From assembly GCA_039589315.1 (NCBI GenBank), contig JBDHHQ010000001.1, positions 64,001 to 128,000 of the forward strand: a stretch of 64,000 nt of DNA. Reading direction: 5' to 3'. A program made the position numbers and the translations under genes. Shown piece after piece: positions 1 through 10,472 of the stretch. Below the pieces are notes generated by a model. It saw nothing but the letters and a program-made list of their open reading frames with translations. It had not been told where the DNA came from and ran no database searches. The stretch is from Gemmatimonadota bacterium. GTDB lineage: Bacteria > Gemmatimonadota > Gemmatimonadetes > Longimicrobiales > Gaopeijiaceae. How positions within the stretch are numbered: the stretch's first letter is position 1; every line of letters begins with the position of its first letter.

Positions 1-807
1 GACTTGCGCAAGACGGTCGATCGTCTCGAGCGGGCCGAGAAGGCGGTGCGGGAGGTGGTACTCCGCGGCGATCAGGTCCTCTTCGTGTGCACCAAGGGGC
101 AGCTCGGTACCATCATCAAGCAGGAGGCCGAGCGCTGCGGCGCGTTCTACGTGACCGAGCGGTGGCTCGGGGGCATGCTCACGAACTTCCAGACCATCAG
201 GAAACAGATCCGCAGGTTGAAGGAGCTGGAGCGCGGTCAGGAAGAAAACGCCTTCGAGTTCTACACGAAGAAGGAGCGCCTCCTCCTGGATCGGGAGCGG
301 CAGAAGCTCGACAAGTACCTCTCTGGCGTGAAGGACATGGGCCGCGTTCCGGGCGCCATGTTCGTCGTCGACGCGCGGCGTGAGCACATCGCCGTGAAGG
401 AGGCGAACCGCCTCGGGATTCCCGTGATCGCCATCACCGACACCAACGCCGATCCGGATCGGATCGACTACCCGATCCCGGGCAACGACGACGCGATCCG
501 GTCGGTGAGCCTCATCACCCGGGTGATGGCGAACACGATCGAGGCCGCCCGGAGGCAGGTGCCCGAGGAGCAGAAGAAGCGGGTCCAGGAGCTCGAGGCC
601 ACGACCTACTCCACCGAGACCGGCGAGAAGACGACCGAAAGCGCCGAACGCCCGCGGCGACGCCCGCGGCGGAAGCGGCGTCCCCGGCCGGAGGTCATCG
701 CCCAGCACCTGAAGCCCGCCGGCGAGGACGCCGGTGCGGCAGAGGAAGCCGAGGCGCCCGCCGAAGCGGCGCCCGAGCCCGCGACGGAGGGCGGGGCCGC
801 GGAGTAA
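1..807 (+). CDS. rpsB: 30S ribosomal protein S2 (5'-truncated by window edge)
   Basis: Motifs [14 protein letters not shown] and [22 protein letters not shown]; upstream of tsf. Confidence 0.98.
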   Translation, partial: DLRKTVDRLERAEKAVREVVLRGDQVLFVCTKGQLGTIIKQEAERCGAFYVTERWLGGMLTNFQTIRKQIRRLKELERGQEENAFEFYTKKERLLLDRERQKLDKYLSGVKDMGRVPGAMFVVDARREHIAVKEANRLGIPVIAITDTNADPDRIDYPIPGNDDAIRSVSLITRVMANTIEAARRQVPEEQKKRVQELEATTYSTETGEKTTESAERPRRRPRRKRRPRPEVIAQHLKPAGEDAGAAEEAEAPAEAAPEPATEGGAAE

Positions 808-839
808 CCTCCGGCCAGACAACCCTCCCGGACGGGATC

Positions 840-902
840 GAGGCGGCAGCCGGACGGCGGATGGGCACAGCCCTCCGCCCACCGCTCCCGCCTCTCTTTT
901 TT
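840..902 (+). terminator. Intrinsic terminator/attenuator between rpsB and tsf
   Basis: GAGGCGG(840-846)/CCGCCTC(888-894) closes an inner GGCGGA-GGGC/GCCC-TCCGCC stem, followed by TCTTTTTT. Confidence 0.65.
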
Positions 903-977
903 GAGAAGCAGGGAAGAGCCCAGCTTGGGCAAAGACGGCAACACCGCAGTACTCAACCACGAGAGCACATGACGACC

Positions 978-1577
978 ATGGCAGAGATCAGCGCGAAGGA
1001 CGTGAAGGAGCTCAGGGATCGTACCGCTGCCGGTATGATGGACTGCAAGCGCGCGCTCCAGGAGACCAGCGGTGACATGGAGGCGGCCATCGATCTGCTC
1101 CGAAGCCGCGGCGCTGCAAAGGCAGCGAAGCGGGCCGAGAAGTCGGCCAACGAGGGCACCATCGGCAGCTACATCCACTTCAGCAACAAGATCGGCGTGA
1201 TGGTGGAGCTCAACTGCGAGACGGACTTCGTCGCCAACACCGACGAGTTCAAGCAGTTGGCCAAAGACCTGGCCATGCACGTCGCCTCCTCCAAGCCCCT
1301 CGCGGTGGCCGCCGAGGACGTCGACGAGGCAACCGTGGAGCGGGAGCGACAGGTCTATCTGGAGAAGGTGCGAAACGAGGGAAAGCCCGAGCACATCCAC
1401 GACAAGATCGTGGACGGCATGCTGGCCAAGTTCTTCAAGGAGAACGCGCTTCTGAAGCAGCCCTTCGTGAAGGACCCGGACAAGACCATCGAGCAGCTGG
1501 TGACCGAGGTGTCCGCCAAGACGGGTGAGAGGATCGAGGTGGCTCGCTTCTCTCGCTTCGCGATCGGCGAACGCTGA
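978..1577 (+). CDS. tsf: Translation elongation factor Ts (short form)
   Basis: [38 protein letters not shown]; start ATG 969 or 978. Confidence 0.97.
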   Translation: MAEISAKDVKELRDRTAAGMMDCKRALQETSGDMEAAIDLLRSRGAAKAAKRAEKSANEGTIGSYIHFSNKIGVMVELNCETDFVANTDEFKQLAKDLAMHVASSKPLAVAAEDVDEATVERERQVYLEKVRNEGKPEHIHDKIVDGMLAKFFKENALLKQPFVKDPDKTIEQLVTEVSAKTGERIEVARFSRFAIGER

Positions 1578-1584
1578 GGGCCTC

Positions 1585-2325
1585 GTGAAGCCGGCGGCCG
1601 ACGACGTGCCCGCGGAGCGTTTCAAGTACGGACGGGTCGTGGTGAAGCTCTCGGGCGAGATGCTCGCCGGGGAGCAAGGCTACGGGATCGATCCCCCCGT
1701 GGTGGACAGGATCACCGACGAAGTCATCCGCATCCACCGCATGGGCGTCTCCCTGGGCCTGGTCATCGGCGGAGGGAACATCGTCCGTGGCGCTACCCAG
1801 AGTCAGAAGGGGATGGATCGGGTGTCGGCCGACTACATGGGGATGTTGGCCACCGTGATCAACGCCTTGGCGGTCCAGGACCTCTTGGAGCGGAAAGGAC
1901 TCGACACGCGCGTGATGACCGCGATTCGCATGGAGGAGCTGGCCGAGCCGTACATTCGGCGTCGTGCGCTCCGGCACCTCGAGAAGGGCCGGGTCGTACT
2001 CTTCGCGGGGGGCACCGGCAACCCGTACTTCTCCACCGACACGGCCGCGGTTCTGCGGGCAATCGAGATGGAGGCGGACGTGTTGATCAAGGCCACGAAG
2101 GTGCCTGGTGTGTTCACGGCCGATCCGGCTAAGGACCCCTCGGCAGAATTCATCCCTGCGATTACCTTCCAGGAGGTCATGGCCCGGGAGCTCGCGGTCA
2201 TGGACGCCCCCGCCGTTTCGCTCTGCAAGGAGAACAACCTCCCCATCGTCGTGCTCAACCTGGAGAAGCCGGGCGCCGTGTCCGCGGCGATCCGCGGGGA
2301 GCGTGTGGGGACGCTCGTGTCCTGA
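1585..2325 (+). CDS. pyrH: UMP kinase
   Basis: [35 protein letters not shown] start inferred. Confidence 0.97.
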   Translation: MKPAADDVPAERFKYGRVVVKLSGEMLAGEQGYGIDPPVVDRITDEVIRIHRMGVSLGLVIGGGNIVRGATQSQKGMDRVSADYMGMLATVINALAVQDLLERKGLDTRVMTAIRMEELAEPYIRRRALRHLEKGRVVLFAGGTGNPYFSTDTAAVLRAIEMEADVLIKATKVPGVFTADPAKDPSAEFIPAITFQEVMARELAVMDAPAVSLCKENNLPIVVLNLEKPGAVSAAIRGERVGTLVS

Positions 2326-2414
2326 CGGGGCCGAACGGCGGATCGACGCCTGCAGGACTACTGCACATTCGTACAGTGCGCTGGCCAGGTGGCCGGTCGG
2401 GAGACACGCTCGCG

Positions 2415-2966
2415 ATGCCGACGCTGCAAGAAGTAAGGACCCGGATGGACGAATCGTTGGAGGCCGTTCGGCGGGAGTTCGCGACGGTCCGCACGGGAAA
2501 GGCCACGCCGGCCCTGCTCGACACGGTGCGCGTGGACGCGTACGGCTCCAAGATGCCGCTGAATCAGGTGGCCACGGTCGGCACGCCCGAGCCGTCACTC
2601 CTCGTCGTACAGCCTTTCGACAAGAGCCTCATCGGGGACATCGAGAAGGGGATCCTTATCGCCGACCTCGGCCTCAACCCCTCGAATGACGGCTCCATCA
2701 TCCGGATTCCCGTGCCGCCCCTCAACGAGGAGCGGCGCCGGGAGTACGTGAAGCTCCTGCACAAGCTCGCGGAGGAGGGTCGTGTGTCCGTGCGTGTCGC
2801 TCGCCACAAGGGCAACGACGACATCAAGGCGCGCATGAGGGAGCACGAGATCAGCGAGGACGAGGGCCGCCGTCAGCTCACCGAGGTGCAGCGGCTCACC
2901 GATCAGCACATCGGGAAGATCGACGAAATGCTCGAGAAGAAGGAGAAGGAGGTCATGGAGCTGTGA
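2415..2966 (+). CDS. frr: Ribosome recycling factor
   Basis: VRTGKATPALLD, LGLNPSNDG, IPVPPLNEERR. Confidence 0.97.
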   Translation: MPTLQEVRTRMDESLEAVRREFATVRTGKATPALLDTVRVDAYGSKMPLNQVATVGTPEPSLLVVQPFDKSLIGDIEKGILIADLGLNPSNDGSIIRIPVPPLNEERRREYVKLLHKLAEEGRVSVRVARHKGNDDIKARMREHEISEDEGRRQLTEVQRLTDQHIGKIDEMLEKKEKEVMEL

Positions 2967-3012
2967 CGCCGCGCGCGCCCGCCGACCAGGTCAGCTCCAC
3001 GCTCCGCTGCCG

Positions 3013-3756
3013 ATGGCATCCGAGCTCCTGAACGAGATTCGCCTCCACGGCGACATCCCGCGCCACGTGGCCATCATCATGGATGGAAATGGACGCTGGG
3101 CCCGTCGCCGTGGTCTGCCCCGTCAGGCCGGTCACGGCCAGGGCATGAAGGCTGTGCGAGAGGTCACCGAGGGAGCGGTGGAAGCCGGCATCCGGGTGCT
3201 CACCCTGTTCGCGTTCTCCACCGAGAACTGGCAGCGTCCCCGCGCCGAGGTCAGCGCCCTCATGGGGCTGCTGCAGCGCTACGCCCGCAAGGAGGAGGCT
3301 GAGCTCAAGAAACGGGGCGTCGAGGTGCACGTCCTGGGGGAGCTCGGGCGCGTGGATCCCTCCACCCGGGGAGCGATCGACCAGATCGTCCGAGCCACGG
3401 CCGGTGGCCAGAACCTCCGCCTCAACCTCATGATCTCCTATTCCGGTCGCGAGGAGATCATCCGCGCCGTGCGAGCGCTGGTCGCACGGGTGTCGTCCGG
3501 TGAGCTCGCCCCCGATCAGATCGACGAAGCCACGTTTCGCACCGGCCTGTTCACCGGCGACCTGCCCGATCCGGATCTACTGATCCGCACCTCGGGCGAG
3601 CACCGCCTGAGCAACTTCCTGCTCTTCCAGATGGCCTACACGGAGCTCCACATCACCGACGTGCTCTGGCCAGACTTCTCCCGCGAGGATTTGTTCGCGG
3701 CCGTTCAGGACTACCAACGCCGGGAACGTCGGTTCGGCCGGGTCACCGCTCCGTAG
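3013..3756 (+). CDS. uppS: Undecaprenyl diphosphate synthase
   Basis: HVAIIMDGNGRWA, FSTENWQR, DLLIRTSGEHRLSNF. Confidence 0.96.
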   Translation: MASELLNEIRLHGDIPRHVAIIMDGNGRWARRRGLPRQAGHGQGMKAVREVTEGAVEAGIRVLTLFAFSTENWQRPRAEVSALMGLLQRYARKEEAELKKRGVEVHVLGELGRVDPSTRGAIDQIVRATAGGQNLRLNLMISYSGREEIIRAVRALVARVSSGELAPDQIDEATFRTGLFTGDLPDPDLLIRTSGEHRLSNFLLFQMAYTELHITDVLWPDFSREDLFAAVQDYQRRERRFGRVTAP

Positions 3757-3804
3757 GGCCGTGCCCTCAGCCGACCCGACCCGCCCGAGGGCCAAGACCC
3801 TCTG

Positions 3805-4680
3805 ATGGCCAGGAGCGAGCTCGCTGCCCGGGTGGCCGTGGCGGTGGTGGGAATCCCGTTCGCGCTCCTCGTGATCTACCTCGGTGGTTGGCTACTCGGT
3901 GTCGTCTTGGCCGTCTTCGCCGGGATCGCCGCGTATGAGTACCAGGAGCTGTCAGCAGCCACCGGCGGGAGGCCCTTCAGCTTCCTCGGTGTAGCCGCGT
4001 CGGTCCTTCTTGTGCTCGCGGCGACGCAGGCACCGTCATTTCCGGGCCTGGCCGCTCGCGGATTCGCGTTGTTGTTGGTTCTGACGCTCACGTGCCTTGC
4101 CCTGGCCGTGTGGCGCCGATGGCCGGACGGCCAACCGATCACGGCTGTTTCGGCCACCGTGGTCGCGGCCATCTACACGGGTGGCTCTCTGGCGTTCGCG
4201 CTCCTCTTGCGGCACCTGCCCCCCGCCACGGGTGGGGAGGCGCTGCCGCTGGCTGGCGCAGCGCTGCTGTTCTTCCCCATCCTGGTCACCTGGGTGGGCG
4301 ACTCCGCCGCATACTTCGCCGGCAGGGCGTGGGGCAAGCGCAAGCTGATCCCTCGCGTCAGTCCGGGTAAGACGGTGGTCGGCGGAGTCGCCGGCCTCGT
4401 CGGCTCGGTGGTGGTCGCCGCGCTCTACGCCGGCCTGGTCCTGCAGGTTTCGCCCCGCCCCGGGTTGAATCCGGCTACCGCGGCGCTCATGGGCCTGGTC
4501 CTCGGGGCCGCGGCCCAGGTCGGCGACCTGGCCGCGTCGGTGATGAAGCGAGAAGCCGGGGTGAAGGACTCGGGCCGCCTGCTTCCGGGTCACGGTGGAG
4601 CCCTCGACCGGTTCGACGCCCTGTTCTTCAACATCCCGCTGGCCTACGCTCTCATAAGAGTCGCGGAGGTGCTGGCTTGA
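3805..4680 (+). CDS. cdsA: Phosphatidate cytidylyltransferase
   Basis: Multi-TM protein; SPGKT and KREAGVKDSGRLLPGHGGALDRFD. Confidence 0.95.
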   Translation: MARSELAARVAVAVVGIPFALLVIYLGGWLLGVVLAVFAGIAAYEYQELSAATGGRPFSFLGVAASVLLVLAATQAPSFPGLAARGFALLLVLTLTCLALAVWRRWPDGQPITAVSATVVAAIYTGGSLAFALLLRHLPPATGGEALPLAGAALLFFPILVTWVGDSAAYFAGRAWGKRKLIPRVSPGKTVVGGVAGLVGSVVVAALYAGLVLQVSPRPGLNPATAALMGLVLGAAAQVGDLAASVMKREAGVKDSGRLLPGHGGALDRFDALFFNIPLAYALIRVAEVLA

Positions 4681-5840
4681 TCGACGTCGTCGTCCTTGGG
4701 TCTACGGGCTCCATCGGCAAGAGCACGCTGGCGGTGATCGCCCGTCATCCGGATAAGTTCCGCGTCGTGGCGCTGGCCGCCAACTCGTCCGTGGAAGGGC
4801 TCGCGGCTCAGGTTCAGGTCCATCGCCCAGCCTTCGCCGTCGTGGCCGATCCGTCGGTGCCCGACGACAGGCCCAACTCGCCGAGTACGCGCTGGCTCTC
4901 GGGCCGCGACGCCCTGCTGGAGATGGCCGAGACGCCGGACGCTCACGTCGTAGTGAACGCGATGGTGGGAGCAGCCGGCCTCGAGCCCACGTTGCGGGCC
5001 CTTCGGGCCGGAAAACGGCTCGCGCTCGCCAATAAGGAGTCCCTGGTGGCCGGTGGCCCCCTGGTGCTGGAGGCCGCCCACGCCGGCGGCGGCGAGCTGG
5101 TACCCATCGACAGCGAGCATTCGGCGATCCTGCAGTGTCTGGAAGGGTGCACGCCGTCGGCGGTCTCTCGCATCGTCCTGACCGCGTCCGGTGGACCGTT
5201 CCGGGGGTGGGGAGGTGACGAGCTGGAGCGGGTGCGGCCGGAGGACGCCCTCGACCATCCGACCTGGGATATGGGCGCCAAGATCAGCATCGACTCGGCC
5301 ACCCTCGCCAACAAGGCACTGGAGGTGATCGAAGCCCACTTCCTCTACGAGATGCCGTACGAGCGAATCGGGGCGGTTGTCCACCCCCAGTCGATCATCC
5401 ACTCCTTCGTCGAGCTGGTGGACGGATCCGTGATGGCCCAGTTGGGGTTTCCAACCATGGAGCTCCCGATCCTCTACGCATTGAGCTATCCGCGCAGGGT
5501 GGAGGACGGGGCGCTGCGCACGTTCGACCCGGTGCGGGCCTCCCCGTTGACGTTCGAGGAGGTGGACCGGGCTCGCTTCCCCCTCTTTGGACTCGGTGAG
5601 CAGGCCGGCAGGCGGGGAGGGACGGCCCCTGCGGTGTATAACGCCGCCAACGAGGTCGCCGTCGAGGCGTTCCTCGGGCGGCGCATCGGATTCACCGAGA
5701 TCGCGCGCGTCGTCGAACACGCTTTGGAGGAGTCGGCCGCGGAGTCGGTCGCCAGCGTCGAACATCTACTGGAGGCGGACGCGAGAGCCCGCGCCGCGGC
5801 CCACGAGGCCGTACGGGCCTGCCAGACCGTCCGGTCGTAG
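4677..5840 (+). CDS. dxr: 1-deoxy-D-xylulose-5-phosphate reductoisomerase
   Basis: LGSTGSIG, LANKESLV, PIDSEHSAI, HPTWDMGAKISIDSAT, NAANEVAV. Confidence 0.97.
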   Translation: MIDVVVLGSTGSIGKSTLAVIARHPDKFRVVALAANSSVEGLAAQVQVHRPAFAVVADPSVPDDRPNSPSTRWLSGRDALLEMAETPDAHVVVNAMVGAAGLEPTLRALRAGKRLALANKESLVAGGPLVLEAAHAGGGELVPIDSEHSAILQCLEGCTPSAVSRIVLTASGGPFRGWGGDELERVRPEDALDHPTWDMGAKISIDSATLANKALEVIEAHFLYEMPYERIGAVVHPQSIIHSFVELVDGSVMAQLGFPTMELPILYALSYPRRVEDGALRTFDPVRASPLTFEEVDRARFPLFGLGEQAGRRGGTAPAVYNAANEVAVEAFLGRRIGFTEIARVVEHALEESAAESVASVEHLLEADARARAAAHEAVRACQTVRS

Positions 5841-5849
5841 GACAGAGAC

Positions 5850-7208
5850 ATGACCGTTCTTGCCACCATCATCGTCCTGGGCGTGCTCATCTTCGTGCAC
5901 GAGCTCGGCCACTTCCTCGCGGCGAAGGCCGTGAACATCGAGGTCCAACGCTTCTCCATCGGCCTGGGGCCCGTCATCTGGGGCGTCACGAAGGGCGAGA
6001 CGGAGTACGTCCTGAGCGCGATCCCGCTCGGCGGCTACGTCAAGATGGGCGGGATGGCGGACGAGATGATGGACAAGGTCGAAGGAGGGCCCGTCGAGAC
6101 CGAGCGCCAGCCGGGGCCGCGGGACTTCGACGCGAAGCCCGTGTGGGCCCGGGCGTTCGTGATCTCGGCCGGCGTCATCATGAACATGCTCTTCGCCCTG
6201 GCCGTCTACGTCGGGGCGGCGGCCGTCTGGGGGATCCGGAGCGCGGACACCACCCGCGTCGGGGCCGTCCTGGAGCACGTGCTTCCGGCAGGGGCGGAGT
6301 CGCTGGCCGACATCCAGCCGGGGCAGCGCATCGAGACGATCGGCGATGCGCCCGTCCGGCACTGGGGCGACGTGGAGCGGGGAATCGTGGACGCGGATCC
6401 GGGCCCGTTGACCATCCGGCTGGCGGATCCCGTCACCACCCTCGAAGTCCGGGTTCCCGCCGAGGAGGAAGACCGGGTGCGTATGGCTATCTCGCTGGTG
6501 TTCTGGCGGGATCCGGTGGTGGCGCTGGTCACCCCCGGAGAGCCGGCCTACGAGGGGGGCGTGGAGGCCGGAGACCGGATCCTGGCCGTCGACGGCGAAG
6601 CGGTGACGGGCTGGATGTCGTTCGTGACCATGATCGAGTCCCGGCCGGGAGAGCGGGTCACCCTGAGCCTGGAGCGGGACGGCAGGGAGGTCACCCGCAT
6701 GGTGGGTGTGAACGCCGTCGAGGAAACGGACCCGGTTACGGGCGACGCGCGGACGGTGGGGAAGGTCGGCGTCCAGGTTCAAGAAGTGAGCGCCATCTAC
6801 AGCCCGGTGGACTTCGGCGAGGCGGTTCGCATCGGTTGGAACCGCACCGTGTTCATGACCGACATGATCCTCGACTTCCTGCGGAATCTCTTCACCGGCG
6901 GCGTCTCTCCCCGGTCCCTGGGTAGCATCATCACCATCGGGCAGGCGTCGGGCCAGGCCGCGGCCATGGGAGTCGAGCGCTTCCTCAGCTTCATGGCCCT
7001 GTTCTCCATCAACCTCGCGGTGCTGAACCTCCTGCCCATCCCGATCCTGGACGGCGGACACCTGGTGTTCCTGGGCATCGAGGCAATCCGCGGGAAGGCG
7101 CTCTCCGTGGAGCAGCGCATCCGATGGAGCCAGGTAGGGCTCGTCGTGATCCTGGGGATCATGGTCCTGGCCCTGTCCAACGACGTGCTCCGCCTCTTCG
7201 GTATGTAG
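5850..7208 (+). CDS. rseP: RIP metalloprotease RseP (M50, PDZ domains)
   Basis: HELGH zinc motif, PLGGYVKM, NLLPIPILDGGH. Confidence 0.96.
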   Translation: MTVLATIIVLGVLIFVHELGHFLAAKAVNIEVQRFSIGLGPVIWGVTKGETEYVLSAIPLGGYVKMGGMADEMMDKVEGGPVETERQPGPRDFDAKPVWARAFVISAGVIMNMLFALAVYVGAAAVWGIRSADTTRVGAVLEHVLPAGAESLADIQPGQRIETIGDAPVRHWGDVERGIVDADPGPLTIRLADPVTTLEVRVPAEEEDRVRMAISLVFWRDPVVALVTPGEPAYEGGVEAGDRILAVDGEAVTGWMSFVTMIESRPGERVTLSLERDGREVTRMVGVNAVEETDPVTGDARTVGKVGVQVQEVSAIYSPVDFGEAVRIGWNRTVFMTDMILDFLRNLFTGGVSPRSLGSIITIGQASGQAAAMGVERFLSFMALFSINLAVLNLLPIPILDGGHLVFLGIEAIRGKALSVEQRIRWSQVGLVVILGIMVLALSNDVLRLFGM

Positions 7209-7224
7209 CCGGCCTGGACCGCCA

Positions 7225-7290
7225 TGTCCGCGCCGGCGCGAGACGGACACCGCCGCGGCGGTTCGTGACGGCCCGTCGAACCACGGCGGT
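7225..7290. terminator. Two GC-rich hairpins between convergent rseP and MBL genes
   Basis: TGTCCG/CGGACA (7225-7249) and ACCGCCG..GGTTCG/CGAACC..CGGCGGT (7249-7290); no clear U tract. Confidence 0.4.
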
Positions 7291-7304
7291 CGGCCGACGG
7301 GCCG

Positions 7305-8126
7305 CTACAGGAACGACAGCTGGGCCGGACCGGTGCGCAGGCGCAGTGCCCCGACGTCGATCAGCTCGGTAGGGTCGTCCTGTCGGGCGACCGCCAGATA
7401 CCCCCGGTACCCCGCCCGCTCGAGGGCTCCGCTCACGACGCGGTGGGCGAGCTCGGGCCGGTTCGATTCGTTGGAGAGATGGGCCAGCAGGATGCCGGCG
7501 AGGCGGGGGTGGAGGAGGTCACACGCCAGGCGCGCGGCCGCGTGGTTGGAGAGGTGGCCGTGACTCGACGCGATCCGCCCTTTGACCGACCAGGGATAGG
7601 GTGCTTCCCGGAGCAGCACCTCATCGTGATTAGCCTCCAACACCAGGAAGTCGCATCCCGACAGGGCGTGCCGGACCTGGGCGGTCGGGCGACCGAGGTC
7701 CGTTGCGAGTCCGATTCGGGTCTCGGTGTGGGGGTCTACGACCGCAACGGCCACCGGGTCCACGGCGTCGTGGACGGTGAGAAAGGGCTCCACCCGGAGC
7801 GAGCCGATCTCGAAGGCACGCCCCGGCCGGTAGGTGCGCACGTCCTCGCTGCCTCGCAGCAGCCGTCGGCAGGCGCGGTGGGTCAGCTCCGTCAGGTAGA
7901 GCGGGACGCCGAAGCGGCGGGCGAGCACCCCGATGCCTCGGGTGTGGTCGCCGTGATCGTGGGTCACGACGATGCCCGCCAGGCTCTCCGCAGCCACGCC
8001 GACGGCGTCGAGACGGCGAACGAGCTCCCGGCCGCTGAATCCGGCGTCCACCAGGATACGGGTGGAGCCGGCCGCGACCAGAATGGAGTTGCCGGCGCTT
8101 CCGCTGCCGAGGACACTGATCCTCAC
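7305..8126 (-). CDS. MBL-fold metallo-hydrolase (YycJ/WalJ-like)
   Basis: RISVLGSGSAGN, THDHGDH (HxHxDH), LEANHD, GHLSN, AHLS; GTG start overlaps upstream stop (GTGA). Confidence 0.9.
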   Translation of the reverse strand: MRISVLGSGSAGNSILVAAGSTRILVDAGFSGRELVRRLDAVGVAAESLAGIVVTHDHGDHTRGIGVLARRFGVPLYLTELTHRACRRLLRGSEDVRTYRPGRAFEIGSLRVEPFLTVHDAVDPVAVAVVDPHTETRIGLATDLGRPTAQVRHALSGCDFLVLEANHDEVLLREAPYPWSVKGRIASSHGHLSNHAAARLACDLLHPRLAGILLAHLSNESNRPELAHRVVSGALERAGYRGYLAVARQDDPTELIDVGALRLRTGPAQLSFL

Positions 8127-9343
8127 GGCCCGATGCCCCGCGACCGTCTGAGCTCCCTGGTTCCGTGCCACGCGGCCGCCAGCAAGGCTGCCATGCCGTC
8201 GGTGAGCACCTGCGCTCTCCGCTCCTGCATGCGGCGGGCGGTTTCCAGGAAGCGGTCCAGCCGATGCTCCGTGAGCTCGGTCCCGGCCCCCCAGGCAAAG
8301 GGCGGCACGTACTTGGGCGGCATCTGGCCGCCGAAGACATTCGAGCCCGCACCGATGACGGCCCCGGTGTTCAGGAGCGTGCCGATGCCCGTGCGCACGT
8401 AGTCGCCCAGGTAGCAGCCGACCTTGAGGCGTCCCGTGTCCACGGGGCCGCTGCCGAGCTCCACCCGGACCGGGCCATACGTGTTCTTGAGATCGCTGTT
8501 GGTCGTCAAGGCCCCCAGGTTGATCCAGCGCCCCAGCAGGGCATGTCCGAGATAGCCGTCGTGCGCCTTGTTGCAGAATCCCGTGAGAACCGAGTCCGCC
8601 ACCTCGCCACGCACGATGCAGCGGCGGCCGAGGCTGCTATTCGCCACGGTCCCACCTAGAAGGACGGACTGGGGGCCCACGTACAGGGGGCCCGTGAGCC
8701 TGGCGGGGCCGAGGGCGCGGGCGTCCCCGTCCAGGATCACCGGTCCGTCCCGGGTATCCACGACGACGCCGGGCTCGATGACCGCCTCCGGCCCCAGGAG
8801 CACCGGATCTTCGCCGATCCGCGCCACCTCCGAGGGTGGGGCGGCACGAAGCCCCGCCGTGACGGCGTCGTCCCGGATCCGCGCTCCGTTCCGCTCCACC
8901 AGCTCCCAGGGGGCGTCGAGGAGGAAGCCCTCGACCCGGACCGGAGGGGGCGCGGCCGACCAGGCAGCCGGGATGGCCAGGGCCGAAGGGGGCGGTGACG
9001 GCACGCCCGCCGGTAGGATCCAGCCGGCTACGCCGTCCTCGGTCAACAGCGTGGCCGGCGCGGCGGGGACGGGGAGCGTCACTTCGGGGAGCACCGCCCG
9101 GCTGCTGACCAGAATCCTCGCCGACGAGGGATCTCCGGGGAGCTCCACGACCGGAGGCGCCCCCTTCTCCTCGAAGCCGGCGAGTGCGGATCCGGCGACG
9201 TGCCCGGAGCAGGGGAGTCCCCACGAGCTCTCCGCCCGCTCCCTCAGCAGGGCGCATCCGAACAGCAGCTCGCCCACGGGTCGCGTCAGGGCGAACGGCT
9301 CCCAGGCTCGCGCCCGGGCGTCGTCAAAGAGGAAGAGCGTCAT
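8123..9343 (-). CDS. Putative sugar nucleotidyltransferase, GlmU-like with left-handed beta-helix
   Basis: N-terminal PFALTRPVGELLFG; C-terminal hexapeptide region NKAHDGYLGHALLGRWINLGALTTNSDLKN. Confidence 0.8.
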   Translation of the reverse strand: MTLFLFDDARARAWEPFALTRPVGELLFGCALLRERAESSWGLPCSGHVAGSALAGFEEKGAPPVVELPGDPSSARILVSSRAVLPEVTLPVPAAPATLLTEDGVAGWILPAGVPSPPPSALAIPAAWSAAPPPVRVEGFLLDAPWELVERNGARIRDDAVTAGLRAAPPSEVARIGEDPVLLGPEAVIEPGVVVDTRDGPVILDGDARALGPARLTGPLYVGPQSVLLGGTVANSSLGRRCIVRGEVADSVLTGFCNKAHDGYLGHALLGRWINLGALTTNSDLKNTYGPVRVELGSGPVDTGRLKVGCYLGDYVRTGIGTLLNTGAVIGAGSNVFGGQMPPKYVPPFAWGAGTELTEHRLDRFLETARRMQERRAQVLTDGMAALLAAAWHGTRELRRSRGIGP

Positions 9344-9389
9344 GGCCCGCAGGGCGTCTCCCTTCGCGGGGTGAATGGGCGCGGGTCAT

Positions 9390-10472
9390 CTACGACGGGT
9401 CACGGAGCCGCTCGGGGAGCGCCGCCAGGAGCTCCTTCAGCTCGGGCGCTCTTCGGCGGGGAGTCACGAGGGTGACGCCGCCGGAGCGGACGACCACCAG
9501 GTCGTGAACGCCGAAGAGGACGACGGCGCCGTCTTCGGAGTAGGCGATGTTCCGACCTCCGTCGACGACGTGAGCGTCTCCGATCCGGATGTTGCCGGCC
9601 TCGTCGGCCTCTCTCGTGCGGCCCAGGGCCTCCCAGGATCCAACGTCGTCCCAGGAGAACGCCGCCCGCACCGTGGACACCCGTTGGCTGCGCTCGAGGA
9701 CCGCCACGTCGATGGCCACGGCCTCGGCGGCATCGAAGAAGCCCTGGACCTCACCCCTTTCGAGATGAGGGAGCAGCCGCCCGATCTCCGGGGCCACCGC
9801 CTCGATCTCGGCGAGAAGCACCGAGGCCTTCCACACGAAGATCCCCGAGTTCCAGAGGTAGCCGGCGGATACGTACCGAGCCGCGGTCTCCGCGTCCGGC
9901 TTCTCCACGAAGGCCTCGACGTCGAAGGCCTCGGGCGTTCCTTCCACCGGAAGCGCGTCGCCCGGCAGGACGTAGCCGTATCCGGTCTCGGGCCGGTCGG
10001 GCACGACGCCCACGGTCACAAGCCGGTCGAACCGGCCGGCAACCTCCGCGGCGCGGGCGATCACGGCGCGGAAGCCCTCGAGGGGCTGGATCACATGGTC
10101 GGAGTGGAGTGACACCAGAATTGCGTCGGGGTCGAGGCGGGCCAGCTCCCAAGCGGCCCACGCCAGAACCGGTCCCGTGCCCCGGGCTCTGGGCTCGCGC
10201 AGCAGGGTCTCGGGGCCCAGCTCGGGGAGCGAGGCCATGATCCGATCTGCCACTGGGCCCCCGGCCAGAACGCGGATTCGCTCCGGCGGCACCAGAGCGA
10301 GGGCCCGGTTCACGGTGTCCTCCACGATGGGCCGGTCTCCGCCCAGCGGAAGGAGCTGCTTCGGCCGAAGCGGGGTGCTCACCGGCCAGAAGCGGGATCC
10401 CACGCCGCCGGCCAGCACCGTGATCCAGAGGTGCGGATCAGGGGTGTTCGAGGAGGGCGTCGATGAGGGCAA
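9390..10472 (-). CDS. manC: Mannose-1-phosphate guanylyltransferase
   Basis: LAGGVGSRFWPVS, PKQLL, PETGYGY, FVEKPD, WNSGIF, WDDVGSW; start uncertain. Confidence 0.92.
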   Translation of the reverse strand: MPSSTPSSNTPDPHLWITVLAGGVGSRFWPVSTPLRPKQLLPLGGDRPIVEDTVNRALALVPPERIRVLAGGPVADRIMASLPELGPETLLREPRARGTGPVLAWAAWELARLDPDAILVSLHSDHVIQPLEGFRAVIARAAEVAGRFDRLVTVGVVPDRPETGYGYVLPGDALPVEGTPEAFDVEAFVEKPDAETAARYVSAGYLWNSGIFVWKASVLLAEIEAVAPEIGRLLPHLERGEVQGFFDAAEAVAIDVAVLERSQRVSTVRAAFSWDDVGSWEALGRTREADEAGNIRIGDAHVVDGGRNIAYSEDGAVVLFGVHDLVVVRSGGVTLVTPRRRAPELKELLAALPERLRDPS

